A stretch of 33,949 nucleotides of DNA from a virus. The DNA is taken from IMG/VR virus record IMGVR_UViG_3300046748_000066, one strand, 5' to 3'. The notes beneath the pieces were generated by a model. It worked only from the letters and a program-made list of their open reading frames with translations. It did not search any database and was not told the origin of the DNA. Below are positions 12,544-20,252 of the stretch, in pieces; positions within the stretch are counted from its first letter, which is position 1; every line of letters begins with the position of its first letter. Made by a program: the position numbers and the translations under genes.

Positions 12544-13223
12544 GCCCAACCTAATTTTTTAACTAACCAAACATATGGATCAAACCAACAATGTGTAAGC
12601 TGTGGTTTGATATGATGTTGTTTGTGAAATGATTCAGAAAATGCAAATAGGTACATGTAAGGTACGTCTCTTACTTTATCTGTATGACACATAATACCTG
12701 TTACTAACATTACCCAGAACGTAGTCATGGCTACCGCAGTAGCCCATGTAAGAAACCATGCAGTTGGCAGGACTAAGAAAAGAATAGCATTCAACATGTA
12801 AACCAACATTGTTTCATATTTAGTTAAAAATAATTGCCAGTCATTTCTTAGCCTATCTGTTGCCAGACTAATCTTTGTAGGTTGTTCATGTGTCCTAAAT
12901 ATAATGTAGTACCATGTTTTATATTTAGGACTATGAGGATCTTTGTCTGTGTCTGAATGTTTATGATGGTTTCTATGCCATGCACTATACGATATTGGTG
13001 TACCTATCATAGCTGTTAGTGATACTACACTCATTATGTTTTGAAACCATACAGGTGGATTCCAGAGATTATGTGTAGCCCATCTGTGTATAAACAAACT
13101 CATAGTAAATTCTAATAAAAAATAAAAGAGTATGTATGTGTATAGAAGTTGTAGCCAAGATAGTGCTACAAAAGAATATAAAGCTAATCCAAAGTAAACA
13201 ACATATAAAATGGTAAGTGGCAC
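12540..13223 (-). CDS. Membrane fatty-acid desaturase, Delta9 type, paralogue A (227 aa)
   Basis: His boxes are HRWATH, WHRNHHKHSDTDKDPHSP (near-canonical HRxHHxxSDTxxDPH) and FHKQHH. Two TM segments precede box 1. GTG start 1 nt after the upstream stop. Confidence 0.8.
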   Translation of the reverse strand: MPLTILYVVYFGLALYSFVALSWLQLLYTYILFYFLLEFTMSLFIHRWATHNLWNPPVWFQNIMSVVSLTAMIGTPISYSAWHRNHHKHSDTDKDPHSPKYKTWYYIIFRTHEQPTKISLATDRLRNDWQLFLTKYETMLVYMLNAILFLVLPTAWFLTWATAVAMTTFWVMLVTGIMCHTDKVRDVPYMYLFAFSESFHKQHHIKPQLTHCWFDPYVWLVKKLGWA

Positions 13224-13224
13224 A

Positions 13225-13719
13225 TTAGTACTCCCATGTCATAAGTTTTATGTTCTCATTTAAATCTTGTGTTGTAAGACTGCCCAGACATATTCCATCT
13301 GTTGTTGCTTGAGTAAAGTAAGTATCAATTCTGGAATCTTTAATACATTTCAATGCAAACTTACTACCACCTAATGATTGAATCCATGATTTGTTTGCCT
13401 CATGAAATGCAGATGTCCATGTCCACGACTTACTATTATTTATCTTGCCTACTAATGCATCATGCCAAGTATATGTATTGTTTTCATACATTCCATGTAC
13501 ATATAAACAAGGAACATCATCTTTAGAAACAATAACATTGTAACCAAAGTTGCTAGCGTTTATCGTAGTTACTATATGTTGTTTTAGTTCTGTATCTGAT
13601 TTGCTTAAATGTTCTGATGCAACTGTTCCAGATTTTATATCATCTAAACTATCTGCATATATCTGATTAAACGTATCGTCTATTGTAAATTCGTTCATTC
13701 TTGTAAAAGTATAAGACAT
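13225..13719 (-). CDS. Hypothetical protein (164 aa) between tail-fibre genes and desaturases
   Basis: Intact ORF with a TAATG-type junction to the upstream gene. No motif recognised. Confidence 0.65.
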   Translation of the reverse strand: MSYTFTRMNEFTIDDTFNQIYADSLDDIKSGTVASEHLSKSDTELKQHIVTTINASNFGYNVIVSKDDVPCLYVHGMYENNTYTWHDALVGKINNSKSWTWTSAFHEANKSWIQSLGGSKFALKCIKDSRIDTYFTQATTDGICLGSLTTQDLNENIKLMTWEY

Positions 13720-14291
13720 TATGTTTCTACTATTTTAAATCCTGTTGACGCACCAGTATTACCCATTATTGCAGCAGCAGACATAGTTGTATTTGGTGAA
13801 CCTGAAGCTGTACTAGTCCAATGAAAGAATTTAGCTCCTGTTATTCCATGTTGTGATAAACTAGCATCTGCTCTGTTAAACCTTGTTACGTTACCGTTAG
13901 TTCCATTTGTAATTTCAATAAATGTCCAAGCTGTATAAACTGTACTATTTTGTAAGTGAAATCTCGATATGGCCCCATCTACATAACACGCTTGTATTGA
14001 ATTAGATGAGTTAGCAATAGCTGTGCTACCAATACTTCCATAAAAACCAACACCACTACCAACTGTTACACCAACTTCAGTATTTTTGATACCACCAACA
14101 CCTACTGTTATGGTTGTATTAGCGTGTTCAGTACCAGAAGATGTTCCATAAAAATCGGCAGCTAATTGTATTTCACCACTAGCTGGTGCATTACCCTCGC
14201 CATGATATTCTGATAAAGAATGAGGTGCAGAGCCACCAAACTCTGTAGCTATCTCACTGAGTTTTATTTGACCACTACTTTGTAAAGCCAT
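13719..14291 (-). CDS. Tail-fibre-like / receptor-binding accessory protein (190 aa)
   Basis: The N-terminus SGQIKLSEIATEFGGSAPHSLSEYHG...ASGEIQLAADFYG is the ISxSDxxxEFGGSxPxSLSEYY...SGxIxxSDFYG motif recurrent in structural proteins of marine podoviruses. It follows the tail-fibre gene. Confidence 0.55.
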   Translation of the reverse strand: MALQSSGQIKLSEIATEFGGSAPHSLSEYHGEGNAPASGEIQLAADFYGTSSGTEHANTTITVGVGGIKNTEVGVTVGSGVGFYGSIGSTAIANSSNSIQACYVDGAISRFHLQNSTVYTAWTFIEITNGTNGNVTRFNRADASLSQHGITGAKFFHWTSTASGSPNTTMSAAAIMGNTGASTGFKIVET

Positions 14292-16338
14292 CTTTCAATT
14301 CCTTGATTTGATCTTTTAACTCTTTTATACAGTTAATTAAAAGTCCATGAATTGCGTCATACTCTACTGTCTTGTAGGTTTTGCCATCTACTAAATCTAA
14401 TTGTTTTTCTTTTACTGCACAGGGTAAAACCTTTTCTAATTCTTGTGCAATAATACCAGCAGACTTCTGTCCATTGTGTCTTGTAAATGTAACACCTCTG
14501 ACTTCATCAATTTTATCTAGTGCATTAGGTATCATTTCAATATCAGACTTTAATGCAACATCTGATATTGTGGTTGAATATGCAATAACATCTCCATCTG
14601 CATGGAAGTCACCATTATTTTTAATTCTTGCTCGTTCAGCACCATCAAGATAAAATTCAAAAGTTGTTGTGTGAATTTCCATAAAATCATTAGTATCTCG
14701 ACCAATGTGAGTAATGCCATCTCTTAAATCAGATTCAAGACTTATAGTTGTTCCTGATACATCTATGCCAGTACCAGCAGTTACACCTGTTATATAACCT
14801 GAATCATTAGTAAACATACTAATATTTCCTGCTTTGTTGGTAAGCGTTTCTGATGATGAAGCTGTAATAAAAGCTGAATCATTCGTAAACATGCTTACAT
14901 TTCCAGACTTGTTAGTTAATGTTTCTGATGAACTTGCAGTTATATATGAACCAAGATCCGATATATCTGCTTCTACTACAGTAATAGTATTAGATGCAGT
15001 GTTTATTGTTTTATTTGTTAAGGTATCTGTTGATGATGTTGTAAATGTTAAATTAGATGTTAAAGCAAATGTGCCTGTACCACCCGGAATTGTGTGTGTA
15101 TTTATTGTTCCTAAATTTGTTATGTTTTTAGAGTTACCATCAAGATGTCCTCCTAACTGTGGAGTTGTATCTTCAGATACGTTTGAAATACCTCCAGATG
15201 TATTGATAGTTGTAAATGAACTACCTGTATAAACCTTAAGTGAGTTAGATGTAGTGTTAAATATTAAATCTCCAGCATCATTATCAGAACCCGGATCAGA
15301 TGAACCTACTCTATATCTATCTGCAAAATCATTGATTCCAGATATATTGTCTGCAACAGTTGTAACATTAGTTTTTATAGCTTCTAGTGCATTTAAGTCA
15401 GATACAAAGTCTGTTGTTGCAAGACTATTTAAATCTGATACAAAGTCGGATGTTGCTAATAAATTTAAGTCATTAACAATATCTGTAGTTGCTAATGTAT
15501 TAACATCAGATACAAAGTCTGCTGTAACTAATGCCATATCACTTACAAAATCAGAAGTAACTAATGATATATCAGTTGCAAAATCAGATGTAATAAGTGA
15601 TGCCTTACCAGCTACAGTTGTTACATTTGAAGAAATTCCAGCAACTGCGGTTACATCAGAAGCTATGCCTCCAACAGTATTAACATTCGATATAGCTCCA
15701 GCTACTGTGTTTATATTACTTGAGTTACCAGAAACAGATGTAACATTGCTAGCAATACCAGATACAGTAATAACATCACTGGCTATACCAGCAACTGTTG
15801 TTACATCTGTGGTAGCGATTGTTGTTTGAACATCGCCATCACTATCAAATGTAAGCACCTTAGATGCTCTAGTAGCTTTTGCCGGTAATGTTACTGTCGC
15901 TGCAATAGAATCTGTATCTAATAATTTAACTGATCTATCTGACTGTTGGTTAATATCAGCTAATTTTGCAAATACTTTGTCTAAATCTGTGTTAAGTGAG
16001 GTTATATCAAATGTTCCAGATGTTGGAAAATCTGTAGATCGTTCTATCGTAATATCTCTAATAATAGTAATAATGTCCCCAGCAGTAGCTCCACTACCGC
16101 CCAGAGTAATAGTACCCCCAGCCCCAAACTCATAAGCACTATCACTTGCACTAACCGTACCTGAAATGCTGTACTGTGTAGTACTTGACGGAGATGCGTT
16201 ATAAGTGAGTAAAGATGTTCCATTGTATACCTTTATGTCTGTTGTACTAAAAAACTCAAAGGGTATTGCAAACGCTGTCTGGCTACCAGATGCTGTATAC
16301 GTTACTCTAGGAGTATTTTTTGCCGTTAATATAGTCAT
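14275..16338 (-). CDS. Tail fibre/spike with C-terminal intramolecular chaperone (Peptidase_S74) domain
   Basis: A podovirus fibre-type N-terminus (YTASGSQTAFAIPFEF...IKVY...IIRDITIERSTDF...LNTDLDKV). Central 10- and 11-12-residue tandem repeats. The C-terminus YSTTISDVALKSDIE...VRGVTFTR...AGIIAQELEKVLP is typical of the autoproteolytic S74 chaperone. Confidence 0.8.
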   Translation of the reverse strand: MTILTAKNTPRVTYTASGSQTAFAIPFEFFSTTDIKVYNGTSLLTYNASPSSTTQYSISGTVSASDSAYEFGAGGTITLGGSGATAGDIITIIRDITIERSTDFPTSGTFDITSLNTDLDKVFAKLADINQQSDRSVKLLDTDSIAATVTLPAKATRASKVLTFDSDGDVQTTIATTDVTTVAGIASDVITVSGIASNVTSVSGNSSNINTVAGAISNVNTVGGIASDVTAVAGISSNVTTVAGKASLITSDFATDISLVTSDFVSDMALVTADFVSDVNTLATTDIVNDLNLLATSDFVSDLNSLATTDFVSDLNALEAIKTNVTTVADNISGINDFADRYRVGSSDPGSDNDAGDLIFNTTSNSLKVYTGSSFTTINTSGGISNVSEDTTPQLGGHLDGNSKNITNLGTINTHTIPGGTGTFALTSNLTFTTSSTDTLTNKTINTASNTITVVEADISDLGSYITASSSETLTNKSGNVSMFTNDSAFITASSSETLTNKAGNISMFTNDSGYITGVTAGTGIDVSGTTISLESDLRDGITHIGRDTNDFMEIHTTTFEFYLDGAERARIKNNGDFHADGDVIAYSTTISDVALKSDIEMIPNALDKIDEVRGVTFTRHNGQKSAGIIAQELEKVLPCAVKEKQLDLVDGKTYKTVEYDAIHGLLINCIKELKDQIKELKDGFTK
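14788..14937 (-). repeat. 2 x 25-aa tandem repeat in the tail fibre (ASSSETLTNK(S/A)GN(V/I)SMFTNDS(A/G)(F/Y)IT)
   Basis: Read from the translation, residues 468..517. Confidence 0.85.
15379..15798 (-). repeat. In-frame tandem peptide repeats within the tail fibre (7 x 10 aa TVAGIASDVT-like, then 6 x 11-12 aa SDFVSDLNxLAT-like)
   Basis: Read from the translation, residues 181..320. Confidence 0.85.
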
Positions 16339-16364
16339 TTTCTATTACTTTACTAGAAGTTTAT

Positions 16365-19300
16365 CTAATCTTCTAGTACTCCGTTATATACTTTTTTAAA
16401 TGCTCTGTCCCATACAAACCAATTATTGAGAGGAATCATACGTCTTATAGCGTCTCTTTGCTCTTTATCTCCTCCATCTTCAAAAGCATAATATATATCT
16501 AATAAGTTACTACCTGCTGCGCCTACAATTGGTCTAAATGCATCGTGGTCTTTTGGATCACCATAAGGATTATCCATACCAAACATTGGTCTTATACCAT
16601 ATTCTTGACCACTTACTGTTTCTAGCATACTTGGTAAATCACTTAATATTGCACCTACACCTGATTTTTCTACACCTGTAAGTATTTTTTCTTCAAATGG
16701 TTTTTGATACCAAAAGTCTGGTGACTTAAGAAAATCACCCCATATAGCAAAACCTACCATAGCAGAACTACCTTGTAATAAATATTGATCACGACCAGTA
16801 ACTCCAGACATAAGTAACTTTCTATTAGCAGCAATCATCCAAGAGTAGAATTGAAAAGGCAGAGCCATATAAGCATTCTGGAACTTACCTCCTCTATCTG
16901 TTCTAGTAAATCCAAAATATCTTCCTACTGGATTATCAAATGCATCTGCTACTTCATCATTATTAATTCTTACTACACCATACATCATATTTAATTTGTC
17001 GTTAGGTGATGGTGTAATAATTGTTCTTTCAACGTCAGCTTTTACAGCTGCTCTATATACAGATAAAGCTTTAGCACCACCCGGTCTATCTATCCAACGT
17101 CTAGCATTAGGTAAAAACGTACCATCCATTTGTTCGTATGGCATACGACCTATAAGCTTAGCCATCTGCTCATCTATACCATAAGATGCTAATCTAGTTT
17201 TACCAGCTTCATCTAATGATCCTTTGTTAAGTTTTATTACATCTTCTAAGAATCTATGTTGTGATACAAAAGTAGTCATCTGTTTCATTTTAATAGTCCA
17301 CGGGGTAAGCCCGTTCATCCAATACCAGATACCTTGAGTTTTCTGAGCTGGTTGATAAAAATACTTATTAAAAAATCCACCAGTAGCATTTTGTGGTCCC
17401 ATGTTTGCACCATAGTAACGTTCTGCTGCTGACATTTGCTGTGTTAACTCTATCAAAGGATTTATAAACTGAGCATCTTTTGCTATTTTTTGGTACAGTT
17501 TTGGATTTTTCATCATTGGTCGCCATGCTTGTGAGTACACTCTACCAAAACCATGCACCATAATTGGTCTACCCAAGTCAGCTTGAGCTGTAAATACTAC
17601 CTTACCCATAGATGCAAGAGATACAATGTTACGTATAAATCCAGCAGCCTGCTTATTCATATAGGCAGGATCTTGGGTATTAAAAGTTCCATATAATTTA
17701 TCTTTAGAATCTTGTATAGCATTTAAAACTTCATTCATTGCTGTAACGTCTTTTTTTGATTCTACTGTATTTAAAATTAACTCTCTTTGTAATCTGTATG
17801 TATGATTCATCATATGTCTATCACCAAATCTTTTGGTAATTTCTATAGCTGTAGTCATTCTATTTTTATATATTTTTAAAACATCAGACACATTTGTTTC
17901 TATAAATGGAATACCATCTGGTGACATGTTAATTGTTTTCATTAGTTCTTTGTTTTCTATATCTAGGTTTCTAGACATCAATCCTCTTACACCAGCTTTA
18001 GCTTGACCTTTTCCTATTGTTCCAAGTCCTAATATTCCATCAGTGTCCATAGATGCTGACTGATCTAGGATTCTTTCATGTGTAAAATCAACCATATCTT
18101 CTATTTGTTTAGCTGTTTTGCCACCATGTCTTGGATGTGTTTTGTAATAATTTCTTAATATATTTTTAAATGGTTCTTCATGTTTAAGTATTTCTTCTCT
18201 ATTCCAAAACCTACTATAATATTCTGCATTTAAATCTAAAGGTTTTATATCTTCATCTAAAAGTAATTTTTCTTGTTCTTTTAAAAATTTTAGATCATCG
18301 CCTAATGAATCTAATAACTTTTCTAGTTCATTTTTTTTTATTGGTGTTATGTTTGGGTTTCTTAAGTCTGCCTGTACTTGTCTTTTTATTTTTTCTTTTT
18401 CTTTTAACTGTCTTAATACAGTTCTTTGGTTAGCAAACATACCTAAATCATTGGCTTCTTCGCCTATTTCTTTAAAATACCTACGTGTTGCTAATGCTGA
18501 TTCTCTTATTGTTCTTGGTAATTTAGGATCATTTAATATTTTGTCATCCATTACAGCCCTAGATACTTCATGTTGAAATTCATTCCATGTGTTTTGTGGT
18601 CTATCTGGTAACTCTTCTTTTAGACCAAACATTTTATTTCGCATCTTAGCCATGTTAGTAGCCCAACTATGTTTAGTTTCTGCCAACCAGTCAGCTCCTT
18701 TATGTGTTGCTGCGGTTCTATTACCACCAAACATATACTTACTCTCTTTGCTACCTGTCCTATATTCAACATATTTTTCATTTAATGTGTTTAAGACTTT
18801 TTGTAATTCTGCTTCTCTAGTAGTTTGTACAGTTAAATGTACAGATGGGTTCATTCTTATACCTGCTTTATGACCACGTGCAACTATTCCAAAGTCACCA
18901 GTAATTTCAAATATATCTCTAGCAAGATAAGATGCAATAGCAGGATGTTTTTGAAACTTATGTACAACTTTACCTGTGTCAGTATATTTATCTAACCATG
19001 TTAAAAACTGTTTCATGACTGGTATTTCACCTACATCACTAACAAAACTGCCTTGTTGTTTCTTAGAATCTTTTACTACTGCTTTAGTTACTCTCTGGTC
19101 ATAAGCTTCTAATGATTCACCTTTTTTTCTTTTTTCTACCCATTGGTTTTTTTTCCATAATTCTTTTTTAATTTTAAAGTTTACGTATTGATCATAAGTT
19201 TTCATTAGCTTAGCAACGTTAGGAGATACGCCCGGAAGTTGTATGCCATCTTTTTTATATGCATTAAATTCTTGTTTTAATCTAACTTCATCAACAAGTA

Positions 19301-20252
19301 CTTTTGTTTTACCTTTATCTGTTTTTACAAATATGTTTGCCAATTCAACACCTCTTTTTCTATCTCTAGTATAGTTGCCTCTAGCATCATAGTATCTGCC
19401 GGTTCTACCTACATTAATATCTATTGTTAAGTCTTCTGTTAGTTTTATTTTATTGTCAAATCTTTGCGCTCTAATAACTAGACCATCAAACATACTTGGA
19501 TCACCACCCTCTGTTTCATACATAGCGTTGTGATATTTAGTTTCTAATTGTTCTGGTCCACCTTTGTCTATAATGTGTTTTTTGGCTATGGCTCTGTTTG
19601 CACTATTGACTACTCTAGGTGCTAACAATCCACTTAATACACCACCCAAAACAAATGATGTCCCAACATATGCTATTGATTCATCAGTAGTAGCAAGAGG
19701 GTTGTATGCTTGTCTTACAGGTTCTGTTGCACCTACTAGTACACCTGCCGCAGCACCACCTTTCAATGCTCTAGTTGCAAATGACATACCTCCAACAAAT
19801 GGTACAGGTATATAGTTTATAGGATCGAATAACCCAGCAATAAGTGCTGGACCAAATGTTCTATCTGGACTAGCTTCTAATCTTTCATATCTAGCTTTGT
19901 TTACATCTATTCTATGTTTAAGATAATCCATGTGTCCTTGATTACGGACTTCCATAAACTGTTCAGCATGTTCTTCATATCCCTCTATATGTTCTGCCTC
20001 GAAAGGATTAAAGTTTCTGTCAAAGGTTTCGTTATAATCACCTAAGTTTTGTGCATCACTATCTAGTAACTGACCTATCCATGTCAACATTACCTCATCA
20101 CCAATATCATCAATATATGATTGCGATCCTCTAGGTTTTATTTGACGACTAGCAAAATCACTAGGTGAGTAAATATCTTTAGTAAAGTCTAACTCTCTTA
20201 ATTGTTCTTGTGATTCGTCAAACTGAGATTTTTGTTCTTCTCTAATCGACAT
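16365..20252 (-). CDS. Large internal virion / DNA-ejection protein (1295 aa, T7 gp16-like by size and position)
   Basis: Position between the 749-aa protein and the tail fibre, and a size close to T7 gp16. A hydrophobic Gly/Ala-rich segment lies near residues 135-215. No enzymatic motif recognised. Confidence 0.6.
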   Translation of the reverse strand: MSIREEQKSQFDESQEQLRELDFTKDIYSPSDFASRQIKPRGSQSYIDDIGDEVMLTWIGQLLDSDAQNLGDYNETFDRNFNPFEAEHIEGYEEHAEQFMEVRNQGHMDYLKHRIDVNKARYERLEASPDRTFGPALIAGLFDPINYIPVPFVGGMSFATRALKGGAAAGVLVGATEPVRQAYNPLATTDESIAYVGTSFVLGGVLSGLLAPRVVNSANRAIAKKHIIDKGGPEQLETKYHNAMYETEGGDPSMFDGLVIRAQRFDNKIKLTEDLTIDINVGRTGRYYDARGNYTRDRKRGVELANIFVKTDKGKTKVLVDEVRLKQEFNAYKKDGIQLPGVSPNVAKLMKTYDQYVNFKIKKELWKKNQWVEKRKKGESLEAYDQRVTKAVVKDSKKQQGSFVSDVGEIPVMKQFLTWLDKYTDTGKVVHKFQKHPAIASYLARDIFEITGDFGIVARGHKAGIRMNPSVHLTVQTTREAELQKVLNTLNEKYVEYRTGSKESKYMFGGNRTAATHKGADWLAETKHSWATNMAKMRNKMFGLKEELPDRPQNTWNEFQHEVSRAVMDDKILNDPKLPRTIRESALATRRYFKEIGEEANDLGMFANQRTVLRQLKEKEKIKRQVQADLRNPNITPIKKNELEKLLDSLGDDLKFLKEQEKLLLDEDIKPLDLNAEYYSRFWNREEILKHEEPFKNILRNYYKTHPRHGGKTAKQIEDMVDFTHERILDQSASMDTDGILGLGTIGKGQAKAGVRGLMSRNLDIENKELMKTINMSPDGIPFIETNVSDVLKIYKNRMTTAIEITKRFGDRHMMNHTYRLQRELILNTVESKKDVTAMNEVLNAIQDSKDKLYGTFNTQDPAYMNKQAAGFIRNIVSLASMGKVVFTAQADLGRPIMVHGFGRVYSQAWRPMMKNPKLYQKIAKDAQFINPLIELTQQMSAAERYYGANMGPQNATGGFFNKYFYQPAQKTQGIWYWMNGLTPWTIKMKQMTTFVSQHRFLEDVIKLNKGSLDEAGKTRLASYGIDEQMAKLIGRMPYEQMDGTFLPNARRWIDRPGGAKALSVYRAAVKADVERTIITPSPNDKLNMMYGVVRINNDEVADAFDNPVGRYFGFTRTDRGGKFQNAYMALPFQFYSWMIAANRKLLMSGVTGRDQYLLQGSSAMVGFAIWGDFLKSPDFWYQKPFEEKILTGVEKSGVGAILSDLPSMLETVSGQEYGIRPMFGMDNPYGDPKDHDAFRPIVGAAGSNLLDIYYAFEDGGDKEQRDAIRRMIPLNNWFVWDRAFKKVYNGVLED

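Noticed and set aside
15379-15798. Regularly spaced 30-36-nt repeats that could be mistaken for a CRISPR-like array
   Set aside because: They are in-frame peptide repeats inside the tail-fibre ORF, with no unique spacers. No cas genes are present.
14381-15829. Plus-strand ORFs 14381..14653, 14834..15232 and 15254..15829
   Set aside because: They are antisense to the tail-fibre gene and are kept open by the repeat structure. They have no RBS and a low-complexity translation.
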